IMG/VR virus record: IMGVR_UViG_3300037297_000066
Location: 62,001-126,000 of that record
Reading direction: 5' to 3' (one strand)
Length of the DNA: 64,000 nucleotides
Below the pieces are notes generated by a model. It was not told where the DNA came from. It did no database searches and was given only the letters and a program-made list of their open reading frames with translations. This document shows positions 19,225 through 28,762 of the stretch, piece by piece; position 1 is the stretch's first letter; each line of letters starts with the position of its first letter. The translations under genes and the position numbers were made by a program.

Positions 19225-19817
19225 CCGTTCTGGTACTCCAGCCTCCACCGAGGGAGGCCCTTCAGTTGCGCCGGCTGAAAGTTCCAGGAGACAGAACCAT
19301 CCCCGGAACCCAGCACATCACCGTGTTCCATTTCGGGAAAGACGTGCCCAAGGGGATGCTGGACAAGATCCTTAAGAGCACCTACGAGGTGGCCGAACAA
19401 GTCCAACCCTTCTCGGTGTCGCTTCGGCAGATCTCCAGCTTACCCCGCCACCCGGACAAGGGAACCATCCCTGTGGTCTGTCCCGTGGAAGGCTCCGAGC
19501 TCCAGGATCTGTGGAAACGGCTCAAGAAGGTCTACGATCGAGACAAGGTGGAGTACAGCGGTAAATTCCCCACCTACAAGCCTCACACGACACTATCCTA
19601 CCTAGGAGAAGATGAAGAGGCGCCCCCTGACAGGCCGCTGCCCGAACCTCTCTCCTGGGACGTTTCCCAGCTCGTGTTATGGGGAGGGGACAAGGAAAAC
19701 GCTATTCTGGAGACCACCTTCCCCTTGGGGAAGAAGATGGCGACGATCCAGAAGGTAGCTACCCGGAGTCTTTGGAGACGATTTCCGAGTGGGGCTTTAC
19801 CTTGGGAATTGGAATAG
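19221..19817 (+). CDS. 2H phosphoesterase (LigT / 2'-5' RNA ligase-like)
   Basis: Two HxT motifs: QHITVFHF and PHTTLSY. Confidence 0.8.
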   Translation: MTVLVLQPPPREALQLRRLKVPGDRTIPGTQHITVFHFGKDVPKGMLDKILKSTYEVAEQVQPFSVSLRQISSLPRHPDKGTIPVVCPVEGSELQDLWKRLKKVYDRDKVEYSGKFPTYKPHTTLSYLGEDEEAPPDRPLPEPLSWDVSQLVLWGGDKENAILETTFPLGKKMATIQKVATRSLWRRFPSGALPWELE

Positions 19818-20031
19818 CCTGCCACACCACTTTCTGGTCCTTGTTGTAGGATGCCCAAGCTTCGTGTCGGCTATCGAGCCACGCCAATCCGTTGCGCACG
19901 TTGCTTTCAGAAATTTTCTCTGCCTTGCACCACAGAGATAGTTCTTCCCAAGTACGAGGAGTGGCCAGGAACAGAACCAGCGGACGAGTTGCCTCGTACC
20001 ACCTCTCGTCTTCTGCTACCCACCAAGCCAT
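19759..20031 (-). CDS. Small hypothetical protein
   Basis: 90 aa ORF convergent with the 2H gene. Confidence 0.5.
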   Translation of the reverse strand: MAWWVAEDERWYEATRPLVLFLATPRTWEELSLWCKAEKISESNVRNGLAWLDSRHEAWASYNKDQKVVWQAIPIPKVKPHSEIVSKDSG

Positions 20032-20109
20032 CTTACCTGTGAACCCCGGGAATGCTAGGGTACACTCCTGGAGAATGATTTGATAGGATTTGCCTCATAG
20101 GGGCTAGAA

Positions 20110-20925
20110 ATGCCTACTGACACAGAACGTTCCCTGCTTGCGTTGCTCGAACAGCATCGTCAGGAAACCAATACACCAGTCGCTGCTCCTCCTTCCCAAC
20201 TTCCTGAGCTGACTCCACAGGTACTCTTGGGAGCGGGGGCCCTGCTGGAGTTTGAAGCGGCTCAACAGATCCAGCCGGGGACCCCCGTGACCCCAGACGG
20301 AAGCCCCCATAGGGTACGAGCGGCTCAACAGGGAGAGCCCGTGGTAGGGTTGGCTCACTCAATGGGAAGACGAGTCGTAGAAGGCCGGGACGTCCAAACG
20401 GTTGTGACGTCCGAACCGTCGGTTCAGGAGTTGTCTCAACTTTTCATGAACTCCGAAGCAGAAGCGGCGTTTCAACTCTCTGGTGGAGACCATACAGTAG
20501 CGGCTGAGGACGCTTTTTCGGTGGAGTTCGACAGCGAGTTTGGAGGAGAGGGCACAACCACTCCCAACCCGGCTGCTCGGTTCCAGGTGGGTAGAGAGAG
20601 CCCTCCTCCAATCAACTTCAACCGAGCTCCAATGTCCGGCCCGTCGGACGGGGTGGTGGTGGCTACCCGAGGGTCCGATGGCAGCTTCAGGCAAGTGCCC
20701 CATAACGCCCCTCAGAGGCCCTCCTACGGCTCCTTCAGAGACGGGGCCCCAGGGTCCGTAGCAAGATCATTGAGGGACCACGTGACTCATGTAGAGGCCC
20801 AGAGGGACCCTATGATGGGCCCCTCCTCCAGACAACCAACGAGTCACCGAACGGTAGCTGCTCCGAACCCCAACCGTCACGTGTACCGACCGACTGCTTG
20901 GGAGCGCCTCATCTCAGACGACTAG
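20110..20925 (+). CDS. Hypothetical with W-tag (PTAWERLI)
   Basis: 271 aa ORF; tag. Confidence 0.7.
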   Translation: MPTDTERSLLALLEQHRQETNTPVAAPPSQLPELTPQVLLGAGALLEFEAAQQIQPGTPVTPDGSPHRVRAAQQGEPVVGLAHSMGRRVVEGRDVQTVVTSEPSVQELSQLFMNSEAEAAFQLSGGDHTVAAEDAFSVEFDSEFGGEGTTTPNPAARFQVGRESPPPINFNRAPMSGPSDGVVVATRGSDGSFRQVPHNAPQRPSYGSFRDGAPGSVARSLRDHVTHVEAQRDPMMGPSSRQPTSHRTVAAPNPNRHVYRPTAWERLISDD

Positions 20926-20957
20926 CCCTATTGGTCACTCTGGTGTAGGTAGTAAGA

Positions 20958-21251
20958 GTGTCTCACGAGATCCCCAAGCACCTAGCCGACCTGTACCAGC
21001 TCATAGAGACGACAGAAGATCCTACGGCTCGGCTCAACCATCTCATGGATCTGGCCAGCAAGTTTGCGGCCAACCACGACTTACTCGACCACACGATGAT
21101 CGAGGAAATCCACGAACTGGTTGAACTGTACGAACGGAGCCGGTTAGACTACCGCCAAACAGCCGTTCGTTTGGGCAGACTTGCCATGACCATCATTCAA
21201 TCGGCCATCGACGAGGGAGACACCCTCGCCCCTAACCCGGAAGCCAACTGA
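20958..21251 (+). CDS. Hypothetical helical protein
   Basis: GTG start after a GGTGTA motif; coupled to the next gene. Confidence 0.6.
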   Translation: MSHEIPKHLADLYQLIETTEDPTARLNHLMDLASKFAANHDLLDHTMIEEIHELVELYERSRLDYRQTAVRLGRLAMTIIQSAIDEGDTLAPNPEAN

Positions 21252-22051
21252 TGCAACTCAAGACCATTCGCTCCGGTTCTCGTGGACCTATCGTCTGTGC
21301 CTGGCAGGAGTTCCTACTAGGTAAAAACTTTTACCTAGGCGAAGCTCACGGAATCTTCGACGAGGCCACAAAGGCATCCACTGAGAGCTACCAACGGTCG
21401 AAATTCCTTGATGACGACGGCGTTGTCGGAGGGATGACGTGGGGAGCGGCCTTGAGCGAGGGGTTTTCCTCCGAAGGTATCATCGAGGACAACCGTACGA
21501 AAGATGGCCCCAACTGGCCTCCGGCGCCCTCTGGCCTCAAGCCCCTCAGCTTGAAGAAGCGAAGTGAACTGTTTGGGTGGATCACGTTCAAGCCCAAGCC
21601 CACCAAAGGCAACCCCGAGGGCATTGTCATCACGAACAACTGGCAGAAGCAGCACCTGGGCAAGGTGGTGGTGCCCCAGCTCAAGGGAGTCGTGGGGGCC
21701 CCAAAGAGTGGCCGGGTATTCTGGCACACCGACGGCATTCCCCAACTCCTAGCGTTGTTTCAAGCCTGGGAGGATGCTGGGCTCAGGGGACTCATCCTGT
21801 CCTGGGCTGGCTCCTGGAGTCCTAGGTTTGTCCGAGGCTCCCGGACTTATCTCAGCAACCATAGTTGGGCGACGGCCTTCGACATCAACGTCCCCTGGAA
21901 TGGTCTCCGCAAAACTCCAGCCCTGGTGGGCAAGAAGGGAAGCGTCCGAGAGCTAGTTCCTATCGCCAATGAACTTGGTTTCTTTTGGGGCGGTCATTTT
22001 AAGCGTAAGGACGGCATGCACTTCGAGATGGCTAAGATCATCAAAGTCTAG
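21251..22051 (+). CDS. Endolysin-like: PG-binding domain plus M15 Zn peptidase
   Basis: N-terminal PG_binding (GIFDEATKASTESYQ...DGVVGGMTW); M15 motifs SNHSWATAFDIN and DGMHFE. Confidence 0.85.
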   Translation: MQLKTIRSGSRGPIVCAWQEFLLGKNFYLGEAHGIFDEATKASTESYQRSKFLDDDGVVGGMTWGAALSEGFSSEGIIEDNRTKDGPNWPPAPSGLKPLSLKKRSELFGWITFKPKPTKGNPEGIVITNNWQKQHLGKVVVPQLKGVVGAPKSGRVFWHTDGIPQLLALFQAWEDAGLRGLILSWAGSWSPRFVRGSRTYLSNHSWATAFDINVPWNGLRKTPALVGKKGSVRELVPIANELGFFWGGHFKRKDGMHFEMAKIIKV

Positions 22052-22411
22052 ATGACTCTCCCCGCTTCCTACTGGGCACAGATTCCAGAAGTACGAGACT
22101 GGCTTCACCGGACCTACTCCCGGGGCCTGGGTCATGGGGCTCAACTCGTCGAGGCATACCGCCGGGCCGACAACGTAGCCACGGTGGACCGTATCCTCAC
22201 CAGCCTGGAAGAGGAGGGGTGGATCAAGAGGCTGAAGTACGTGCCTACTGTAGAGCAGATCTTCTTTGGGGTAGGTGGGAGGCCCCCGGGAAAGAAGGCC
22301 AGCCACGCTACAGGGTACGCTGTAGAGTTCACGTGGGAGGCGGTCTACGATTGTGAGGAACTGATGAAGTTCCTCGGCATAGGCCAATCAGCCCCTCCAG
22401 CCGGTGTATAG
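22052..22411 (+). CDS. Hypothetical protein
   Basis: Abuts the upstream stop. Confidence 0.6.
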   Translation: MTLPASYWAQIPEVRDWLHRTYSRGLGHGAQLVEAYRRADNVATVDRILTSLEEEGWIKRLKYVPTVEQIFFGVGGRPPGKKASHATGYAVEFTWEAVYDCEELMKFLGIGQSAPPAGV

Positions 22412-22422
22412 TACCTGAAAAG

Positions 22423-23016
22423 ATGTCAGACGACTGGCCTGAATTCACGAACCCTCCTTGTCAAGAGAACCTCTTGTTGGAGCCTCCCCCTATCGATGAG
22501 TCGATAGAAGCAGATTGGCTTGCCGTACAAGGGATAGAGATAGAGGAAGAACACAACGATGAGGGGCCTCCTAGGATTTCCAAAAAGGAACTTCGGGAGT
22601 TCATTCAGGCTGTGATCGAAAACAGGGTCTTCCTCTCGGCTCAAATCCAGAATCCTAACTCCAGGTTGGTTGGAAGCATTTTCCTGCCTCTATGTTTGGG
22701 AGGGTTTAGAGGGTGGACAGACAGAGCCATCAACAACATCGGAGTCATCTACGAGTACTACGGGAAAAACCAATCTCCTCGTAGCATCAACGGCTACCCG
22801 ATATTTTTCTCATGTCGTCTCTTGCACAAGGAAGACTGGGCTCTTGCAGATCGAGCTATCCGAAAGGTCACTGAGGCCCAACAACGGGCCCTAGAAGAAG
22901 TGGAGAACCGTGGAACTGAAATTGGACAAACTAGGCGCCAACGAACTGAAAGCACTCTCGACAGCGGTGAAGCAGGAGAGGGACCGGCGAGGCAAGAAAA
23001 ATCCTGCCAACCATGA
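22423..23016 (+). CDS. Hypothetical protein
   Basis: Preceded by GGTG-TATAGT at 22403. Confidence 0.7.
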   Translation: MSDDWPEFTNPPCQENLLLEPPPIDESIEADWLAVQGIEIEEEHNDEGPPRISKKELREFIQAVIENRVFLSAQIQNPNSRLVGSIFLPLCLGGFRGWTDRAINNIGVIYEYYGKNQSPRSINGYPIFFSCRLLHKEDWALADRAIRKVTEAQQRALEEVENRGTEIGQTRRQRTESTLDSGEAGEGPARQEKSCQP

Positions 23017-23105
23017 GCCCCCCACCTGGGTCATTCCGAACAAGGCTGTTGGGAAACCACAAGTAGCTACCCAACAGTGATCTTTTGAAGTATAGCCTAT
23101 AGAGG

Positions 23106-23519
23106 ATGCTAGTAGCCTACGCAGCCTCTCAGGCAGACAACTTCTCCGATGCCCTCAAGGTCATACTGAAGGAAGGGGGCGTGTGGGGCGCCTTCGTCGT
23201 TTTGCTGATCCTGGCCTTGGTGGGAGTCCTAGGGGTCCTATGGAAAGTGGTGAAGGCACTTCTCAAAGCCAAGGATGACCGGCTGAGTGACCAGAAAAGT
23301 ATGACGGCCACCTTGAGCCAACTAAACCTGACTCTTAAGGATCAAGCCGTAGAGAGCAGTGCCCTGGCTAGCCGGTTGAGTGCAGAAACCACCACCAACA
23401 ACACGCAAGTGAAGGAATGTGCTCAGCAGACGGGACAAAAGGTAGAGAAGCTGGAAGCCTCTATCGTACAACTCCAACAGCAACAGGCGATCCTCCTCGT
23501 CAAACTAGGACAAGGATAG
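23106..23519 (+). CDS. Single-TM coiled-coil protein (holin-like candidate)
   Basis: One TM followed by a coiled coil; near the M15 lysin. Function is inferred. Confidence 0.6.
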   Translation: MLVAYAASQADNFSDALKVILKEGGVWGAFVVLLILALVGVLGVLWKVVKALLKAKDDRLSDQKSMTATLSQLNLTLKDQAVESSALASRLSAETTTNNTQVKECAQQTGQKVEKLEASIVQLQQQQAILLVKLGQG

Positions 23520-23728
23520 ACATGCACTGGTTCTGGAGAATGTTGAGCTGGTTCTGGCCTTTCGGGCGGGCTGCCAAAGTCCGACGGGAAAGAGTGGCCC
23601 AAGAAGCGGCTGTGGACTCGGCGTTCAGCAGCAAGCTACAGGAGACTCTGGTCTTGGGTAAAGACCTTCAGAAAGCGGTAGCTCGCATGAGGGAGTCCCG
23701 AGAAGCCAGGCAACGTGCAACACGGTAG
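23520..23728 (+). CDS. Small hypothetical (start MHWFW)
   Basis: ATG immediately after the upstream stop. Confidence 0.5.
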
Positions 23729-23733
23729 TAGTT

Positions 23734-24447
23734 ATGGACTCAAAACTCGAAAACACCATCCAGTCGGCTGACCCCAAAATGATCAAGAAGGTCAGAGAGG
23801 CTGTTGAAAGACACTCTCCTCACCCACCCCCGACCGCGGAACAAGCTCTGTTCGAACCCGAAGAGCAACTCACCAACCCCGGGGGCAGCAACCAGATAGC
23901 GTGTTTTCTCAGGAAGGCTACTCAAAAGCTAGAAGAGGTTGGGGAGACGGCCAACTTCTTCACGGGGGGCCTAGACAAGATCGAAAGAGTGTTGCTGTTG
24001 GTCGTGCATCGCATGGGACGTTTTGGTATGGCCATGGCGTTGCTAGCCTTGTTCTGTGCCATCGCTTGTGTGCTTATGGTGCTGGTGATCCTTCGTCAAG
24101 AAGACATCTTGATGAACTACCAGGAGCTCAAGGCTCAACAAAGCGCATCCCACAAGCAGCAGACCACCCTGGTCGAATCTCAGAAACGAGTCGAAGAGAA
24201 GGTAGAGAAGGCCCAGGACAACATCGCAGAGGCCCAAGAACAGCTCGACGAGATGCCCAAGATCGCTGTCGTGGATGACGAAAAGTCATCGTCTTCAAAG
24301 CCTCGGTTAATCCTGAAGGCCCCCAAGCGAAGGTCCGTGAAGCACATGCCCTTCCCAGACTCAGATCCCCCTATACCTGTGGCGGAGCCCGACGAGCCTG
24401 AGGAAACTGTAGAGATACCTTTAGAACTGCCCCGCAAATCCCGCTAG
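23734..24447 (+). CDS. TM coiled-coil protein (spanin/cell-division-like candidate)
   Basis: Central TM, long coiled coil, Pro-rich tail. Confidence 0.65.
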   Translation: MDSKLENTIQSADPKMIKKVREAVERHSPHPPPTAEQALFEPEEQLTNPGGSNQIACFLRKATQKLEEVGETANFFTGGLDKIERVLLLVVHRMGRFGMAMALLALFCAIACVLMVLVILRQEDILMNYQELKAQQSASHKQQTTLVESQKRVEEKVEKAQDNIAEAQEQLDEMPKIAVVDDEKSSSSKPRLILKAPKRRSVKHMPFPDSDPPIPVAEPDEPEETVEIPLELPRKSR

Positions 24448-24683
24448 GTAGCTTCCAGGATTCTCTGCCAGCAAGTAGGGGGAAGGGTTCGCCCTGCCAA
24501 CGTGATGCTGACGGTGTATTGCAGTTCGTTGAGGTTGTGTTCCTTAGAGCTCACACAAGCCTCAACCAGCCTTCCTTTCTCATCTAGACAGGTAACGGGA
24601 TCCCCTACGTTCAATGTGGACAAGTCCTCGGGTATGTCTGCCGACACTACCATGCCGTTCATGACGAACACCTGGAAAGGCAT
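24444..24683 (-). CDS. Small hypothetical with W-tag (PTCWQRIL)
   Basis: Tag; coupled to the upstream gene. Confidence 0.6.
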   Translation of the reverse strand: MPFQVFVMNGMVVSADIPEDLSTLNVGDPVTCLDEKGRLVEACVSSKEHNLNELQYTVSITLAGRTLPPTCWQRILEAT

Positions 24684-24685
24684 CG

Positions 24686-25279
24686 TCAGTCCTCGTCCTC
24701 ATCTTGCATGAGTCTCTCACCCCAAGTAGGGGCTGCCGTTTCAGCTCGACGCTCTAGGACTCGCAGAAAGGCCGATCTAGCTTCGGGCAGTGTCTTGGGT
24801 TTCCTTACGATCTGGAACACTGCCCCGGGCATTTGGTTATTTTTCCACCAGGTTTCCGAAACACAGTACTCAGGACTACGCACAGAGTCACTAACCTCCC
24901 CCTGTCCAGAGAATACTACTAGATCTCCCCCATAATCAGGGGACCCTTCATGCAACGAGATGTCCCCTCCAACGTGTCTCAGTGACTGAGTTTGTCCCAG
25001 ACGAAGAGAACCGTCTGGGTTGAAGCCCGGGGGAACCGTTGCTATGGGGGGCAACACATCGTGTTCAATGATGTCGAAACGCCTGGTTCGTATGTCAGCG
25101 ATACTGATCGTAGGGTTGGACTGGAGGGGAGCGCCCCAAGGGTTCTCCCAAGAATTTCCGACCCTGATGAGTTCGTGTTCAGGAGGGGTAGGCGAATGGT
25201 GCTCTACCACCTCTTCTGATCCCACCGACCGAATACGCTCTACCTGCTCTCGGGTAGGAGTCTCTGGTTCATCAGGCAT
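24686..25279 (-). CDS. Hypothetical with W-tag variant (PTWGERLM)
   Basis: GAGGTAG RBS-like sequence; tag. Confidence 0.65.
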   Translation of the reverse strand: MPDEPETPTREQVERIRSVGSEEVVEHHSPTPPEHELIRVGNSWENPWGAPLQSNPTISIADIRTRRFDIIEHDVLPPIATVPPGFNPDGSLRLGQTQSLRHVGGDISLHEGSPDYGGDLVVFSGQGEVSDSVRSPEYCVSETWWKNNQMPGAVFQIVRKPKTLPEARSAFLRVLERRAETAAPTWGERLMQDEDED

Positions 25280-25311
25280 AACCTGACTCTACCTCACCTT
25301 GACAGGTTTGC

Positions 25312-25638
25312 CTACGCCTGACCAGTGATGGGACGCCCGAGGAAGGTTCTGTCCCACCCCGTCCGGTACTCATCGGACACAGCCCCCGAAGAGACTTTGG
25401 AGCTACCCTCTTCCAAGAGAGGGGAGACCCTGTAGAGGGGACCAGGGCCTTCATGCTCCAGGTGGACGGCCTCTCCTGAGACAGGCGTTCCCTCTTTGAG
25501 CGGCAGGAGCACCCCTAGCTCCGGCTTTGTATCCGGAGACTTTCTTCTCAGACAGGGTATGGCTTTTCTGTCTCCTAAGGTCTGGGGGGTACCCAACAGA
25601 ACCAGGTCCTTGCTTTTCTCGCTAGTCATCGTGTTCAC
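25312..25638 (-). CDS. Hypothetical protein
   Basis: Divergent class B motif at 25641. Confidence 0.6.
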   Translation of the reverse strand: MNTMTSEKSKDLVLLGTPQTLGDRKAIPCLRRKSPDTKPELGVLLPLKEGTPVSGEAVHLEHEGPGPLYRVSPLLEEGSSKVSSGAVSDEYRTGWDRTFLGRPITGQA

Positions 25639-25640
25639 GA

Positions 25641-25657
25641 TACACCGGTTTGGTGTA
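25641..25657. promoter_or_regulatory. Back-to-back class B motifs TACACC-N5-GGTGTA between divergent genes
   Basis: Same arrangement at 28210-28225 and 58944-58960. Confidence 0.6.
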
Positions 25658-25670
25658 CTGTAGGGTAATC

Positions 25671-26054
25671 ATGGGTATTTTATTTCTGAACGAAGGCGTA
25701 GAGCAGCGAATTTTCGACATTGTGGCACATGCCTCCAACCCCTTGCATTGGTACAGACCTGGCAAGAGCGACTGGGTTCCTGGGGACAAACCGGAGTATG
25801 TACTGCTCTCAGGAGACACGAAAGCCGTCTTCAGTTGGACGGAAACCACGGCTGTTTTCCGCCACCTATCTGTCTCGGTCAGAACCCCTGGAAAGTACCC
25901 CGACCTAACCGTAGTCTGGACGCTTGCTCACAAGTTTGGATTCCAAGGGGCCACTCCAGATAAGGATGGGTTTGTTCACAAGCCTTCACCTACCTGGGGG
26001 TGTGGGTCGAGCCAAGCGCACGAATGCGTAACTCTCATTGAACAGGTTTCTTAA
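25671..26054 (+). CDS. Hypothetical protein (start MGILF)
   Basis: Downstream of GGTG-TACTGT; RHLSVS motif. Confidence 0.65.
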   Translation: MGILFLNEGVEQRIFDIVAHASNPLHWYRPGKSDWVPGDKPEYVLLSGDTKAVFSWTETTAVFRHLSVSVRTPGKYPDLTVVWTLAHKFGFQGATPDKDGFVHKPSPTWGCGSSQAHECVTLIEQVS

Positions 26055-26098
26055 CCTCCTTCCGAAAAGACATCTACATCCCCGTTGGCAGGTGATCC

Positions 26099-26653
26099 AT
26101 GCGTTACTTTTTCGACACCGAATTCATTGAGGATGGCAAGACCATCGAGCTCATCTCCATTGCTCTTGTGGCAGAAGACGGACGTGAGCTCTACTGCATC
26201 AACGACGAATGCAAGCTCGACCGAGCCAACGACTGGGTCAAGCAACACGTGATCCCACATCTACCCAAACACCAGAGTTACGGATGGGCTTCCCCCCATC
26301 CTTGCGGGACGTCGATCCCACCTTGGATGTCTCGGCGAGACATCAAGAAAGCCGTTCTGAAATTCGCTCCTCCGGAAAGCAAGCCACACTTCTGGGCCTA
26401 CTTCGCCGACTACGACTGGGTGGTTTTCTGCCAGCTCTTCGGGAAGATGGTGGACCTGCCCCAGGGCTACCCTATGTTTTGCAGAGACTTGAAGCAGCTC
26501 ATGTGGCACTTGGGAGTTAGCAAGAAGGACACCCCTCCCAAACCGGCAAACGCTCACGATGCCTTGGCCGATGCTCGCTGGAACCTAGCCCTCTTCAAGC
26601 ACCTTGAAGAGCATGGAAAGCTCCACGGGATCACCAGCTACATCACCCTCTAG
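26099..26653 (+). CDS. DEDDh 3'-5' exonuclease (Rv2179c/RNase AS-like)
   Basis: YFFDTEFIE...IELISIALV...YDWVVF...HDALADARW. Confidence 0.85.
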   Translation: MRYFFDTEFIEDGKTIELISIALVAEDGRELYCINDECKLDRANDWVKQHVIPHLPKHQSYGWASPHPCGTSIPPWMSRRDIKKAVLKFAPPESKPHFWAYFADYDWVVFCQLFGKMVDLPQGYPMFCRDLKQLMWHLGVSKKDTPPKPANAHDALADARWNLALFKHLEEHGKLHGITSYITL

Positions 26654-27189
26654 TCCTCTTCCAGACGCTCCCAGAGGGTTTTAGGCTTTGGCTTAACTAA
26701 AACAGATCGCAGGTCATCCAAGGCCCCTCGCAGTCTACGACTAGCCTCGGAAGTGCTGGTTCCATCCATACGACTGGATCCATTGCTCATGTGAACCTGG
26801 ATTCTCCAGTTTCTGACTCGCTCGGGGATCTCTCCATCTGGGGGCATCCAATCCAGGATAGGAGCTTCCAAGTTCAAGCGGAAACGATCACGTCTAGCCT
26901 CCATGAAGGGAGCCAGTCGAGGGTCACTCGCCACCAGGTCTTCTACGAACGTAGAGGTAATCTGTCGTATGTTTTGGGTAGGAACAATTACCTCTAAGTG
27001 ATCTGAGTAGTACACCCATAATCTAGGGCTTCTGACGGCCAAACGTATCAAGGCCACTGCCCAAGCAAAGGTTCGTCCGGTAGCTCTGGGGCCGTTTCCC
27101 AAGCTTTCTTCAGCAAGGTTTACCTGACCTCGATCAAACAACCAGTCGAGGACTTCAACAGCTCTGAGTTGGGCGTCTGACAGGGGCAT
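26650..27189 (-). CDS. Hypothetical, paralog A, W-tag (KTLWERL)
   Basis: N-terminus closely similar to the next gene. Confidence 0.75.
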   Translation of the reverse strand: MPLSDAQLRAVEVLDWLFDRGQVNLAEESLGNGPRATGRTFAWAVALIRLAVRSPRLWVYYSDHLEVIVPTQNIRQITSTFVEDLVASDPRLAPFMEARRDRFRLNLEAPILDWMPPDGEIPERVRNWRIQVHMSNGSSRMDGTSTSEASRRLRGALDDLRSVLVKPKPKTLWERLEED

Positions 27190-27191
27190 CG

Positions 27192-27770
27192 CTAATCCTC
27201 AGGAATGTCTTCTTGCAGGCGCTCCCAGACGGTCTTGGGGACCTTGGGGGGCTCAGCTGCCCGAATTTTCCAACCAACCTGTCGAGTTTCCTTGTCCTGA
27301 AGCCTGATCTCCTCCACCGGCATACTGGAGTCCAGCCTGATTGCCGGAAACTCCTCAGACCGCTCTTGTGCTTGTTGACGAGCATACTCTGAGGCCCAAG
27401 TCACGATATCTCTGTTCGTCACTTGTGGAGGAGGGTTATGGTCCAGGACGGGCAACCAGTTGTCGATAGGCTCCGGAAGGCTTAGCCGAAAGTGGTGCTG
27501 GTCTATTTCTAAGTTACCATCTAGCCGAAAGTCACGACTCACGAGCTCTCGAAGGATACTTTGGGTACCTTCGTGAAGGTGACGGTGGAGATGCGTGTAC
27601 TGTTCGGCATGATCCGAGATCTCCACCCATTGACCAGGGTGACGAGCTGCTTCCCGTATAAGGGCCACAACCCAAACCAAAGAGCGTCCGGTTTGACGGA
27701 GGCTGTCGTCGGAACGGAACAGCCAATCCAAGACTTCCAAGGCTCGAAGTTGGTTTTCTGATAGGGGCAC
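27192..27770 (-). CDS. Hypothetical, paralog B, W-tag (KTVWERL)
   Basis: MPLSENQLRALEVLDWLF versus MPLSDAQLRAVEVLDWLF. Confidence 0.75.
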   Translation of the reverse strand: MPLSENQLRALEVLDWLFRSDDSLRQTGRSLVWVVALIREAARHPGQWVEISDHAEQYTHLHRHLHEGTQSILRELVSRDFRLDGNLEIDQHHFRLSLPEPIDNWLPVLDHNPPPQVTNRDIVTWASEYARQQAQERSEEFPAIRLDSSMPVEEIRLQDKETRQVGWKIRAAEPPKVPKTVWERLQEDIPED

Positions 27771-27779
27771 GCTCTCAGG

Positions 27780-28199
27780 CTACTCCCCGAACAGGTCTTC
27801 GTCTAGAAGGTCCCAAGCCGTAGGGGGGTCCTTCTCCCAGTTGGGCCACTCGAACAGAATGCTCGTGCCCCCCAGAAGCTTGCGGTTGTAGCTGGTGCTC
27901 TGGATGTAGGGGATGTAGTCTAGGAGGGCCCGAGGGTGTATCTTCACGTCCACATCGTTCAAGGGAAGCCCCAGGAGAGCTCGGGCCCGCTTACCCGTGA
28001 ATACAACCCGGTCCGAACGCCGGACCAGGACCACTTCTTTGGTCCCTTGGACCAATTCTCGTTTAGTCAACTCGTAGAAGCAGCGGCCTGGAGCAAACTT
28101 GATGCTCTTCAAGGCGCAGAAATCCCGGATGGCCATGTTCTGGGGAACCTCGAAAGTCCCGAACCGTCTAGGGGGTACCTCAATCAAGTCATTCGGCAT
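27780..28199 (-). CDS. Hypothetical with W-tag (PTAWDLL); start MPNDL
   Basis: ATG 6 nt after GGTG-TATCCT. Confidence 0.7.
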   Translation of the reverse strand: MPNDLIEVPPRRFGTFEVPQNMAIRDFCALKSIKFAPGRCFYELTKRELVQGTKEVVLVRRSDRVVFTGKRARALLGLPLNDVDVKIHPRALLDYIPYIQSTSYNRKLLGGTSILFEWPNWEKDPPTAWDLLDEDLFGE

Positions 28200-28235
28200 A
28201 CCCTGAGGATACACCATTTGGTGTATGGGTAGAAC

Positions 28236-28463
28236 ATGGACTCGTTTGACATCATCACCGGAGCGACTCTGGTTGTCGTTGTGGTATTTGTCTCAATCTT
28301 CCAGCTGCTGCTCCCTTGGCTCCATTTCCGAAAGGTGGAGCGTCAAAACCAGCTCAAGTTCGAGAAGATCCTGAAAAAGCTCGAAACTAGAGACCCGGAC
28401 CAGGTAAGAGAAGCCTCAAAGGAAGCCATCGACTTGATTTCCAAGGGCCCCTACGGATGCTAG
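28236..28463 (+). CDS. Small TM protein
   Basis: Class B motif directly upstream. Confidence 0.6.
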   Translation: MDSFDIITGATLVVVVVFVSIFQLLLPWLHFRKVERQNQLKFEKILKKLETRDPDQVREASKEAIDLISKGPYGC

Positions 28464-28762
28464 CTGCCGTCATCAAAAGCGTCGAACCTCACCCCACCCG
28501 AAGGGAACGGGTGGTGATAACGGGAACCTGGAGCGACGGCCTTCCCAATCCGGATAAGTGCCCCCGCCGGCTGGAGCAAGTCCGGGAGGGCCGAACGGTG
28601 GGGGTATGGGTGCTGAAGACTGCCGACTACAAATCCCAAGAAGTCGTTCTGTGGAGGGAAAGCGGCAAGACACCTCTTCAAGCCGGAGACCAGTTGCAGT
28701 GGCGGGCCTCTTCCAGCAGAATTCCCCTCTACAGCCAGCCTCCCCCCAAGCCCTCCGCATGA
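28457..28762 (+). CDS. Hypothetical protein
   Basis: Overlaps both neighbours. Confidence 0.5.
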   Translation: MLAAVIKSVEPHPTRRERVVITGTWSDGLPNPDKCPRRLEQVREGRTVGVWVLKTADYKSQEVVLWRESGKTPLQAGDQLQWRASSSRIPLYSQPPPKPSA

